Assembly: GCA_043822305.1 (NCBI GenBank)
Contig: JBDRBU010000121.1
Location: 1-21,327, forward strand
From: Candidatus Firestoneibacteriota bacterium
GTDB lineage: Bacteria > Oederibacteriota > D2-FULL-39-29 > JBDRBU01
DNA length: 21,327 nucleotides
Reading direction: 5' to 3'
Both the position numbers and the translations under genes were made by a program. The notes beneath the pieces are model-generated. The model was not told the origin of the DNA. It ran no database searches and was given only the letters and a program-made list of their open reading frames with translations. Of this stretch, positions 6,384 to 15,223 are shown piece by piece (position 1 is the first letter of the stretch; every line of letters begins with the position of its first letter).

Positions 6384-8415
6384 AAAACATGAGTTAATAG
6401 GGATATTGTGGTTTGTCTTGAGTATTTTTTTAATGATTTCATTATTGTCTTTTTCAGGTGGTAATTACCTTGGATTAATAGGCAAGTATGTGCAATCGGT
6501 TTTTCTTTATTTATTTGGTTTATCTTCTTATCTTTTTCCATTTATATTTGGTGTAATTGGTTATTTTACATTTGTAGATAAGAAATTTGAAAAACCACAT
6601 TTTAAGATAATTGGTAGTTCTTTGTTTATTATTGCTTTATGTTTGCTGTTTTATTTGCTTGGGTTATCGAACTCTGAAAGCAATATGCTTGGATTTTTAA
6701 TTGGTTTGGGAGTTATTAAAACAACAAGTAGATTAGGAGGATATATATTTTGTGTTATAACTTTTGTTCTCTCTATTTATTTTTTAGAATTCGAAGAAAT
6801 TTTCAAAAATCTTTTAAGTAATATTATCCAGATTCTTAAACAAAAATTTAATAAGCCGGTGAAGATTGAAGACAAAATACAGAAAAAAGATGAACATAAG
6901 GAAGAGATTAAGCCAAGGAAGTTGCAAAAGAAAGATATAAAAAAAGAGATTAAAGAAGAAAAACCTTCTTTGGGGACACCATTAGTTAGCCCCGCATCTT
7001 CTGGTGCATGGGTAAAGTATGAGTTACCTCTAATGGATCTTTTAAATAATATACCGACTACTGTTTCTTTTAAGGAAGATTTAAGGGCAAATGAAGAAAC
7101 AATTAAAAAGACTTTGAAAAATTTTGGTATTGATGTAGAAATTTCAAGAACAGTTAAAGGTCCTGTCGTTACGAGATACGAAATTAAACCAGCACCCGGA
7201 ACAAAAATAAATAAAATAGTTAGTTTATCAAATGACTTAGCCCTCGTACTTAAAGCAACGCATATCAGGATCATTGCTCCTATTCCAGGCGAATCTGCCG
7301 TGGGTATTGAAATTCCTAACAAAAAATATAGTCTAGTTACTTTAAAAGAAGTAATTCAATCAGATAGGTTTGCAAATTTTAAAGGGGTTCTCCCTGTTTC
7401 AGTAGGTAAAAGTGTAGATGGCGAAGTCCTGGTTTATGATTTAGCCGAGATGCCGCATTTGCTTGTGGCCGGGGCAACAGGTTCAGGGAAAAGTGTATGT
7501 TTAAGTACAATAATAATTAGTTTGCTTTATAAGTTTACCCCATATGAATTAAAACTTTTATTAATCGACCCTAAAAGAGTTGAATTATCTTTGTATAAAG
7601 ATTTACCTCATTTATATTCTCCAGTGATAAATGATGCTAAAAAAGCTACAGATGCTTTGAAACTACTTAATAAAGATATGCAGGATAGGTACAACAAATT
7701 ATCTCAGGTTAATGCGCGAGATATAATTTCTTATAATAAGGTGGCCAAAGAAAAATTACCATATATAGTTGTGGTCATAGATGAATTAGCAGACTTAATG
7801 TTGGTCTCAGCCAGAGAAATAGAGGAGGCTATAACCAGACTGGCCCAGATGGCCAGGGGAGTTGGAATTCATCTGATTTTTGCTACACAAAGACCATCTG
7901 TTGATATTATAACCGGAGTTATAAAAGCAAATTTTCCTTCAAGAATTGCGTTACAGGTTTTTTCCAAAGTAGACTCAAGGGTTATACTTGATACGGGAGG
8001 AGCAGAAGATTTACTTGGTAAGGGAGATATGTTAATGTATTTAGCCGGTTTTCCAAAACCAGTTAGAGCCCAAGGTGCATATGTGTGTGAATCAGAGGTT
8101 AAAAAAATTATTAATTTTTGGAATGGACAGGGAAAACCAATTTATTATGGTCCTGACGAGAAAGAGAATATTAGCCTTAGCGATACAGAAGAAATGGATG
8201 AATTATTTAAGAAAGCATTAATACTTATAAAAGAAAGAAAAAGGGCATCGGCTACATTGATTCAAGGGGCATTGCATATCAGTGGAGGAAATGCATCAAA
8301 TCTAATAAGCATTATGGAAACAAAAGGTTTAATAAGTCCAAGTACTGGCTCAAAATCAAGAGAAATTTATTTTGACAAGATCGATGAATTATTGGACAAG
8401 TTTGATAAAAAATGA
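6376..8415 (+). CDS. ftsK: DNA translocase FtsK/SpoIIIE
   Basis: N-terminal TM domain, GPVVTRYE, RIIAPIPG, PHLLVAGATGSGKS (Walker A), IDPKRVEL, VVIDELADLM (Walker B), ATQRPSVD, GAEDLLGKGDM, C-terminal gamma domain. Confidence 0.97.
   Translation: MSKKHELIGILWFVLSIFLMISLLSFSGGNYLGLIGKYVQSVFLYLFGLSSYLFPFIFGVIGYFTFVDKKFEKPHFKIIGSSLFIIALCLLFYLLGLSNSESNMLGFLIGLGVIKTTSRLGGYIFCVITFVLSIYFLEFEEIFKNLLSNIIQILKQKFNKPVKIEDKIQKKDEHKEEIKPRKLQKKDIKKEIKEEKPSLGTPLVSPASSGAWVKYELPLMDLLNNIPTTVSFKEDLRANEETIKKTLKNFGIDVEISRTVKGPVVTRYEIKPAPGTKINKIVSLSNDLALVLKATHIRIIAPIPGESAVGIEIPNKKYSLVTLKEVIQSDRFANFKGVLPVSVGKSVDGEVLVYDLAEMPHLLVAGATGSGKSVCLSTIIISLLYKFTPYELKLLLIDPKRVELSLYKDLPHLYSPVINDAKKATDALKLLNKDMQDRYNKLSQVNARDIISYNKVAKEKLPYIVVVIDELADLMLVSAREIEEAITRLAQMARGVGIHLIFATQRPSVDIITGVIKANFPSRIALQVFSKVDSRVILDTGGAEDLLGKGDMLMYLAGFPKPVRAQGAYVCESEVKKIINFWNGQGKPIYYGPDEKENISLSDTEEMDELFKKALILIKERKRASATLIQGALHISGGNASNLISIMETKGLISPSTGSKSREIYFDKIDELLDKFDKK
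6985..7016 (-). repeat. Short palindromic element inside the ftsK linker
   Basis: Reverse complement TTTACCCATGCACCAGAAGATGCGGGGCTAAC aligns to 20261-20295 (27/32 matches, one 3-nt gap). Confidence 0.65.
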
Positions 8416-8443
8416 TAAAATAAGGGCATGGGGAGGTTTTAAT

Positions 8444-9715
8444 ATGGAAAGCAATAAATTAGACATAACTATAGTTGGTGGAGGAATGATAACGGCTGTT
8501 CAGATACTTCCTTCTATTTATCAACTTAAAAAATTGGGACTAATTAAAGATATAAATATAGTGGCCTTAAATGGTGGCTTTCTTAAATCCCTGGCTGAGA
8601 ATAAAACATTAAAAGACGCATTTCCGAATCAATCATTTACTCCTTGCCCTGATTATAAAAAAATTGATATAAATAAAAATTTTCCAGACCTTTATAAAGA
8701 AGTTATAAAAAAAATGAAACCTAAAAATCTTGTTGTTGTGGCTACACCAGACAACCTTCATTACAAGGTAATCAAAGAAGCATTATCAAATGACCAGAAT
8801 ATTATGAGTGTAAAACCACTTGTCTTAAATTATAAAGAATCAAAAGAGATTGAGAATTTAGCTTATAAGAAAGGTTTATTTGTAGGAATTGAATATCACA
8901 AGAGATTTGATGATAGAAGTCTTATGGCCAGACGTCGATACCGCAGTGGTGATTTTGGGGAATTTAAATTAGGGCAGGCACATTTGATGGAAAAATGGTA
9001 TTACAGACATTCTAATTTTCAAAACTGGTGTACTGTAAAAAATTCTGATGTATTTTCATATGTTGCCTGTCATTATATTGACCTGGTAGCATTTATAACC
9101 GGATTACTTCCTACTCAAGTTTCAGTTTATGGGATAGTTGATAAATATCCTAATGGTTATGAAGGATTCTTATGGACCGATGGTAAAGTAATCTGGAATA
9201 ATGGTGCTTGTTTAAATGTTCAAAACTCGTTAAGTTATCCAGACAAAAGTCCGGGTGGTAACAGTCAAGGAATGGTTTTATTTACACAAGGGAAAGACGA
9301 TGGTGGAGTAATATCTCATTCTGACCAGTTTAGAGGAGTAAAGCATTCTTTTTTAACAAAAGGGACTGACCCGGGTGATACATTTTATAATGAACCAAGC
9401 CCAGATTATTTTCAATATGTGTCTAAAGGAGGTATTGGATTAGTTCCTGTCGGTTATGGTTATCGCTCAATAGAAGCTATTGTTCATTCGACTTTAAAGG
9501 TAAATGAAGCAACTGCTCTTGAAAAAAGAAAAAAAATCATAAAAGAAATTGATAAAGAAGGAATCATAGCCACACCGGCAAATAGTTTTTATAATGAACT
9601 CGTAATGGAAGCGGGTAGGTTGTCTATATTAAATGAAGGTAGGGATGTAGTGATAGAATATGGTCAAGAACCAAAAGTAAGATTTAAAGAAATTTCAGAA
9701 TACAAAAAATATTGA
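8444..9715 (+). CDS. Gfo/Idh/MocA-family NAD(P)-dependent oxidoreductase
   Basis: GGGAGG RBS before ATG 8444 (ORF track starts at 8372); IVGGGMI Rossmann motif, VATPD.LH, VKPL, EYHKRFD, CHYIDL. Confidence 0.85.
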   Translation: MESNKLDITIVGGGMITAVQILPSIYQLKKLGLIKDINIVALNGGFLKSLAENKTLKDAFPNQSFTPCPDYKKIDINKNFPDLYKEVIKKMKPKNLVVVATPDNLHYKVIKEALSNDQNIMSVKPLVLNYKESKEIENLAYKKGLFVGIEYHKRFDDRSLMARRRYRSGDFGEFKLGQAHLMEKWYYRHSNFQNWCTVKNSDVFSYVACHYIDLVAFITGLLPTQVSVYGIVDKYPNGYEGFLWTDGKVIWNNGACLNVQNSLSYPDKSPGGNSQGMVLFTQGKDDGGVISHSDQFRGVKHSFLTKGTDPGDTFYNEPSPDYFQYVSKGGIGLVPVGYGYRSIEAIVHSTLKVNEATALEKRKKIIKEIDKEGIIATPANSFYNELVMEAGRLSILNEGRDVVIEYGQEPKVRFKEISEYKKY

Positions 9716-9719
9716 AATA

Positions 9720-9778
9720 GGTCTAATTGCTTCGCAATTAACCATGACCAATATTATATTTTACACTAAGGAAAGTCA
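9720..9778 (+). repeat. 60-bp structured repeat, single copy (59 bp)
   Basis: GGTCTAATTGCTTCGCAATTAACCATGACC...AAGGAAAGTCA; 1 deletion and 1 substitution versus the other copies; ends directly at the ATG of 9779. Confidence 0.95.
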
Positions 9779-11764
9779 ATGCAAAAACTTGATTATACTA
9801 AATATAAATTAAAACCAAAAGAAGAAATTTTAGATATTCTATCTTCTAAAAATAATATCTTTATTATTTCTTGTAATAAATGTTTTAAAGAATTTACCCC
9901 GGAAATAGAACCAGAATGTGAAGAATTAACAAATATTTTAAAAGAATCTGGAAAAAATATAGTTAGATGTCTGCCTTTGGATTTCCTGTGTAACAAATAT
10001 TTAACCAAGAAAGAAATAGAAAAAGTAAATAATGATATATCAAAATCAGATGTAGTTGCTGTAATTTCATGTGGCTTGGGGATTCAAACAGTGGCTGACA
10101 TATTAAGTAAGTCAGTATATGGTGTTACTGATTCATTAGATCAAGGTGGTTATCATGGGATTACACTTTCAGCTGAAAAATGTAATGCGTGTGGGAATTG
10201 CTTTCTAACTCTAACTTCTGGTATCTGCCCTGTAGTTCATTGTTCAAAAAGTTTAGTTAATGGACCTTGTGGAGGAGCAAAAAATGGTAAATGCGAGATA
10301 GACAAAAATAAAGAATGTGCCTGGGAAAATATATATAAAAGATTATCGGTTCAGAATAGAACAAAAGAGATTGTAGATAAAAAACCACAGTTAAGAGACT
10401 ATTCAAAAGGTGATTTTAATTTTATTAAATCATATCTAGATAAAATAAGAGAAAAAAGATACGAAGGATTTTATGGTGGACTTTATCCAGAAGAAAAAAA
10501 GGAATTAACCAGGGCTAACTCAATAGAAAAATTCCCCGAAGTTAATACATTTATTATCCCGCTTTTACAGCATACTGGTGCAGTTTGTGAGCCACTTGTC
10601 CAAACAGGAGATATGGTTAAAGTTGGGCAGAAGATTGGAGATTCAAAAGCATTTGTATCATCACCAGTTCATTCAAGTATAAGTGGGAAAGTAATTGCCA
10701 TTGAGTTAAGAAAACATCCCTTACTTCCTATCCCGGTAACTTCTATCGTTATTGAATCTGATAAAAAAAGAACATATGATGATTCAATAAAGCCATCTGG
10801 AACTATTGAAAGTTTATCAAAAGAAAAAATTATTGAAATTATTAAAGATAAGGGTATTGTCGGTCTGGGTGGTGCTCAATTTCCAACATATGTTAAACTG
10901 AAATCTCCTAAGCCAATAGATACTATTATTATAAATGGATGCGAATGTGAACCATTTCTTAATTCTGATTACAGGATAATGATTGAGTACTCAAAAGAAA
11001 TAATATCCGGGTTAAAACTTATAATGAGATCGGTAGAGGCAAAAGATGGAATTATAGCCATTGAAGATAATAAACCAGAAGCAATATCTAAATTAAGCGA
11101 GTTGGTCTCTAACGAATCCAATATTAAAGTAGTAAGTGTTAAAACAAAATATCCTGAAGGTGCTGAAAGAATGCTTATTAAAAGAGTTCTTAATCGAGAG
11201 GTGCCATTAGGAGGACTTCCTTTTGATGTTGGTGTTGTAGTTAATAATGTAAGCACTGTTTATGCCATATGGGATGCTGTCTATAATGGTATGCCTTTAG
11301 TAAAAAGAATTGTAACAGTTGCTGGTGAAAATGTAGGTAAACCAGGAAATTATGAAATACTAATTGGAACACCATTAACAGATATAATAAAGTATTGTGA
11401 TATAAAAATGAAAGATGAATTATTATTAAAAATGGGCGGTCCTATAATGGGTATTTCTCAGTTTGATTATAATGTTCCAATTATTAAAGGAACAACAGGT
11501 ATGGTTATAGTTAAAAAATCGGATATTACTGATGTGGAAACTTCTTGTATAAAATGTGGAAGATGTGTAGATGTTTGTCCAATGGAATTAAAGCCTTCTT
11601 ATTATGTGTTATTAGCAAAAGAGAATAATTTCACTGAGATGGAAAAACACGGTGTACTAAATTGTATTGAATGTGGGTGTTGTGAAAATATATGTTCTTG
11701 TAAGTCATCTATAATGGAAATAATAAAAAAAGCAAAAAAAATTATCAGGGAGAAGAAAAAATAA
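9779..11764 (+). CDS. Fusion of a MetV-like (MTHFR small Fe-S/Zn subunit) domain and an RnfC/RsxC-like NADH/FMN-binding domain
   Basis: aa ~1-210: CNKC, SCGLG, CxxCxxC, GICP...CSKSLVNGPCGG...CE...CAW; aa ~230-661: F.GG..P.EKK, GIVGLGGAQFPT.VK, NGCECEP, KYP.GAE, MGGP.MG and two 4Fe-4S motifs. Confidence 0.9.
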   Translation: MQKLDYTKYKLKPKEEILDILSSKNNIFIISCNKCFKEFTPEIEPECEELTNILKESGKNIVRCLPLDFLCNKYLTKKEIEKVNNDISKSDVVAVISCGLGIQTVADILSKSVYGVTDSLDQGGYHGITLSAEKCNACGNCFLTLTSGICPVVHCSKSLVNGPCGGAKNGKCEIDKNKECAWENIYKRLSVQNRTKEIVDKKPQLRDYSKGDFNFIKSYLDKIREKRYEGFYGGLYPEEKKELTRANSIEKFPEVNTFIIPLLQHTGAVCEPLVQTGDMVKVGQKIGDSKAFVSSPVHSSISGKVIAIELRKHPLLPIPVTSIVIESDKKRTYDDSIKPSGTIESLSKEKIIEIIKDKGIVGLGGAQFPTYVKLKSPKPIDTIIINGCECEPFLNSDYRIMIEYSKEIISGLKLIMRSVEAKDGIIAIEDNKPEAISKLSELVSNESNIKVVSVKTKYPEGAERMLIKRVLNREVPLGGLPFDVGVVVNNVSTVYAIWDAVYNGMPLVKRIVTVAGENVGKPGNYEILIGTPLTDIIKYCDIKMKDELLLKMGGPIMGISQFDYNVPIIKGTTGMVIVKKSDITDVETSCIKCGRCVDVCPMELKPSYYVLLAKENNFTEMEKHGVLNCIECGCCENICSCKSSIMEIIKKAKKIIREKKK

Positions 11765-11769
11765 GTGGT

Positions 11770-12606
11770 ATGAATAGAACAAAGTTAGGTTCTGCAACGG
11801 CTAAAGGTGGATTTGCTAATGAAAGAAGTATTTGCAAAAAGTTTAATAATTGGGAAAAAGATAATGAAGTACAAATGTGGTTTGACATTATGGGATATGA
11901 CTTAAACAAGGTTGATTCTGTAAAAGCCATTCAGGTTCCTACGAGAATCAAAAAAAGCGAGATAAATAAATTTGGAGTTAACGAAGAGCAATATGATAAA
12001 TTTATTCGGTTTAAAAAAGCAGATGCTCAATTAAGAATAGTTATTGTTATTAGCAAGATATTGAAAATAGAAAATCTATCGCTTAAAAAAGCCAACTCTG
12101 ATGCCGATTATAACCAGGTAGATAAAAGAACAGTAGATATTTATCAAAAAATGTGGGGTTTTGATGACGAAATATTTTGCTGGTTAAGATTATTTACCGG
12201 AGAAAGTAATCCAAAACGGTTTAGTAATATAATAGGGAAGATTAAATTAAAGGACAAGAGAAGAATCTTCTTTGATGAAATGCCTGAAAGTGTGCAAAAC
12301 AAAATTATAAAGTTCTTTAATAACAATAAAATAATAGTTATCAGTGATATCCTAAAAGGAAGAGGAGGACTTTCTGCTAATTGGATGTTAGTTACAAAAT
12401 ATAATAGAAAAGATGATACAACAAGTTGGGTGCTTAAAGATATAAATGCAGTTATGAATTTCTTTGGTAATGGTAATGTAATAATGTCACCAAAAGGGAG
12501 TCTTTACATTGGTAGAATTACTATGCAAAGGAAAGGTGGGACTCCAGACCCTACAAAACTACAATTTAAGATAAAGCCATGTCAATTATTTGAAATAGGA
12601 ATATAA
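11770..12606 (+). CDS. Type II restriction endonuclease, HinP1I-like
   Basis: GS.TAK.GF.NE, AD...LSLK catalytic region, NQ.DK, FTGE, DKRR.F, DIL.GRG..A.W, SP.GS...GR.T.QRKGG, LQFKI.P..LF match my recollection of R.HinP1I. Confidence 0.8.
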   Translation: MNRTKLGSATAKGGFANERSICKKFNNWEKDNEVQMWFDIMGYDLNKVDSVKAIQVPTRIKKSEINKFGVNEEQYDKFIRFKKADAQLRIVIVISKILKIENLSLKKANSDADYNQVDKRTVDIYQKMWGFDDEIFCWLRLFTGESNPKRFSNIIGKIKLKDKRRIFFDEMPESVQNKIIKFFNNNKIIVISDILKGRGGLSANWMLVTKYNRKDDTTSWVLKDINAVMNFFGNGNVIMSPKGSLYIGRITMQRKGGTPDPTKLQFKIKPCQLFEIGI

Positions 12607-12608
12607 TT

Positions 12609-13427
12609 ATGGAAATTAATAAAGTATTTTTAGGTGATTGCATAGAAACAATGAAAAAGTTACCTGCTAAAACTATAGATTTGATATTTGCTGATCCTCC
12701 ATTTAATATTGGTATTAAGTATGATGAGTATAAAGACAACATACCATATGATAAGTATTATAACTGGTCAGAAAAGTGGATAAAAGAAATTTATAGACTG
12801 CTGAAAGATGATGGGACGATTTATATTGCTATAGGTGATGAGTTTGCAGCAGAAATTAACTTAATATTAAAAAAAGCAGGATTTCATTTTAGAAACTGGA
12901 TTATTTGGTATTATACTTTTGGGCAAAGTCAAAGAAAGAAGTTTAATCGATCACATACACACATTTTATATTTTACCAAAGATAAGAGCAGATTTACATT
13001 TAATGATAAGAATATTAGAATTCCTTCTGCGAGGCAACTTGTTTATAGAGATAGACGAGCAAATCCTATTGGCAAACTACCAGACGATGTTTGGAAGTTT
13101 TCCAGGGTTTGTGGAACATTTAAAGAGCGTATAATAAACCATCCATGTCAAATGCCCGAAGATTTATTAGAGTTAATAATAAAGGCAAGTTCTAATGAAG
13201 GGGATTTAGTGTTAGACCCATTTGGGGGAACAGGAACAACAGCGGAAGTTGCAAAAAGATTAAAACGGGATTATATAACAATGGAAATATCTGAGGATTA
13301 TTATAATATTATTATCAAAAGGTTAAACAATAAACTTAGTTATATAAAAAGGAATGGAAAAACTGATTTATCGGAAGAACAAAAAACTTTGTTTGATGCA
13401 ATTAAGGGAGAAATAATATGCTTATAA
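12609..13427 (+). CDS. Beta-class N4-C/N6-A DNA methyltransferase
   Basis: IDLIFADPPFN (motif IV) precedes HPCQMP and VLDPFGGTGTT (motif I); adjacent to the endonuclease. Confidence 0.92.
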   Translation: MEINKVFLGDCIETMKKLPAKTIDLIFADPPFNIGIKYDEYKDNIPYDKYYNWSEKWIKEIYRLLKDDGTIYIAIGDEFAAEINLILKKAGFHFRNWIIWYYTFGQSQRKKFNRSHTHILYFTKDKSRFTFNDKNIRIPSARQLVYRDRRANPIGKLPDDVWKFSRVCGTFKERIINHPCQMPEDLLELIIKASSNEGDLVLDPFGGTGTTAEVAKRLKRDYITMEISEDYYNIIIKRLNNKLSYIKRNGKTDLSEEQKTLFDAIKGEIICL

Positions 13428-14029
13428 CTCAACTTAAAAATAAAGAAGAAATTATTCCATATATAAAAGAAAAGGTGCTATTAATAAGTTGTTCGGGATG
13501 CCGTGAGGTGTATTTCCCGATAAAAGAGATGGAAGAACTTAAATCAGAGTTGAAGAAGGGCGGGTTGGTTATATCTGATGAGTTAATATTTGACTATATA
13601 TGTAATGAAGATTGGACAAGAAAAAGATTTGAAATATATAAAGATAAAATAAACGAGGTAAATACAATTCTTGTTTTTTCCTGTGGAGTTGGAATACAAA
13701 CAGTTGCTTCTTTACTTCCTGAAAAAATCATAATTTCTGGAAGTGATACTTTTTATTTACCAGGTTTTTCTGGTATTACTCCTTTAGAGTATGACTGTGA
13801 ACAGTGTAGTGAGTGTATGTTGGGCTACACGCTTGGGATTTGTCCAATAACGGCTTGCTCAAAAGGTTTACTTAATGGACCGTGTGGTGGGGCAAAAAAT
13901 GGAAAATGTGAAGTAAGCAAGGATATGGAATGTGGTTGGCAGAGGATACTTGATAAAAGTAAGAATCTGAATGAAAAGATTAAGATAACAGAAAAAATTA
14001 GATTAAGAAATTATTCGAAATTAACATAG
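13418..14029 (+). CDS. metV: MetV-like methylene-THF reductase small subunit (MTHFR C-terminal domain protein)
   Basis: AAGGGAG RBS; CSGC, SCGVG, CEQCSEC, GICPITACSKGLLNGPCGG...CE...CGW; directly upstream of metF. Confidence 0.88.
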   Translation: MLITQLKNKEEIIPYIKEKVLLISCSGCREVYFPIKEMEELKSELKKGGLVISDELIFDYICNEDWTRKRFEIYKDKINEVNTILVFSCGVGIQTVASLLPEKIIISGSDTFYLPGFSGITPLEYDCEQCSECMLGYTLGICPITACSKGLLNGPCGGAKNGKCEVSKDMECGWQRILDKSKNLNEKIKITEKIRLRNYSKLT

Positions 14030-14207
14030 TCTGTTCGCTTTGGCGAACAACTATTCCTAATATTATTATTTACATTAAGGAAAGTCAGGTCTAATTGCTT
14101 CGCAATTAACCATGACCAATATTATAATTTTACATTAAGGAAAGTCAGGTCTAATTGCTTCGCAATTAACCATGACCAATATTATAATTTTACATTAAGG
14201 AAAGTCA
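14028..14207 (+). repeat. 60-bp structured repeat, three tandem units (14028-14087 divergent; 14088-14147 and 14148-14207 identical)
   Basis: Exact 60-bp periodicity; the divergent unit keeps the hairpin with a different stem sequence and the same 3' TTTACATTAAGGAAAGTCA. Confidence 0.95.
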
Positions 14208-14225
14208 TAATTAACGGAGGTAAAA

Positions 14226-15110
14226 GTGAGATTAGCTGATTTGACCAAGAACGGTAAATTTGTAGTAACTTCAGAAGTAGGACCGCCAAAAGGTTTTCAA
14301 ATAGATAAAATGCTGCATGAAGCAGAAATTTTAAGAGGTAAAGTAGCGGCCATAAATGTTACGGATAATCAGTCATCAGTTATGCGACTTGGTTCATTAG
14401 CTGTTTGTAAGGTCCTGAAAGACAAAGGACTTGAGCCAGTTTTTCAGATTACCTGTAGAGATAGAAATAGATTGGCGTTACAATCTGATATTTTAAGTGC
14501 GGCTTTATTCGGCATAGAGAACTTATTGCTTTTAACCGGTGACCATGTAAAATTAGGTGACCATAAGGATGCAAAGCCTGTATTTGATTTAGATTCAGTA
14601 TCATTAACATATGCTGTAAAGAAACTTGAAGAAGGTTTTGATTTAGCTGGAAATAAACTTGATGGAGAGCCACCAAAGTTTTGTAAAGGTGCAGTTATTT
14701 CTCCTTGTGCAGAGCCATTAGAGCCACAGCTTTTTAAAATGGAGAAAAAAATAAAAGCAGGGATAGAATTTTTTCAAACACAAGCAGTTTATGAGGTAGA
14801 TAAGTTTGATAAGTTTATGAAAAGGGTAAAAGATTTTGGAGTTCCGATATACGCTGGTATTGTTATTTTAAAATCAGTTGGAATGGCTAAATATATGAAT
14901 GAAAATGTTGCTGGTATTTATGTGCCGGACAATCTTATAGAGGAATTAAGAAAAGATAAAGAAAAAACAAAGTCTGGACAGGTAGGTATTGAAATTGCGG
15001 CTAAGTTAATAAAAGATCTAAAACCTCTTTGTCAGGGAATTCATTTAATGCCACTTGGCTGGGATGATAAAGTTCCAAAAATATTAGAATTGTCTGGATT
15101 GAAGGTCTAA
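14226..15110 (+). CDS. metF: 5,10-methylenetetrahydrofolate reductase
   Basis: GGAGG RBS, GTG start; E..PPKG, INVTDN, CRDRNRLALQSD, LTGDH, FFQTQAVY, GIHLM. Confidence 0.95.
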   Translation: MRLADLTKNGKFVVTSEVGPPKGFQIDKMLHEAEILRGKVAAINVTDNQSSVMRLGSLAVCKVLKDKGLEPVFQITCRDRNRLALQSDILSAALFGIENLLLLTGDHVKLGDHKDAKPVFDLDSVSLTYAVKKLEEGFDLAGNKLDGEPPKFCKGAVISPCAEPLEPQLFKMEKKIKAGIEFFQTQAVYEVDKFDKFMKRVKDFGVPIYAGIVILKSVGMAKYMNENVAGIYVPDNLIEELRKDKEKTKSGQVGIEIAAKLIKDLKPLCQGIHLMPLGWDDKVPKILELSGLKV

Positions 15111-15223
15111 TTGCTTCGCAATTAACCATGACCAATATTATAATTTTACATTAAGGAAAGTCAGGTCTAATTGCTTCGCAATTAACCATGACCAATATTA
15201 TAATTTTACATTAAGGAAAGTCA
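15104..15223 (+). repeat. 60-bp structured repeat, two identical tandem units
   Basis: 15104-15163 and 15164-15223; the first supplies the metF stop, the second ends at the nuoA ATG. Confidence 0.95.

Noticed and set aside
6777..7322. Minus-strand and nested ORFs in the track (e.g. 746-1057, 6777-7322, 10969-11256, 16959-17246, 18761-19033)
   Set aside because: They are shadows of well-supported + strand genes and carry no recognisable motifs.
9720..9778. 60-bp element as a known SAM, SAH or THF riboswitch
   Set aside because: I recognise none of the consensus motifs, and tandem identical copies are atypical. An Rfam scan is needed to exclude it formally.
10466..11764. RnfC as the first gene of a membrane Rnf operon
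   Set aside because: No rnfD/G/E/A/B follows; the metV/metF context favours an RnfC2-like role.
14028..14207. 60-bp tandem units as a CRISPR array
   Set aside because: The units are contiguous and identical with no unique spacers, and no cas genes are in the window.
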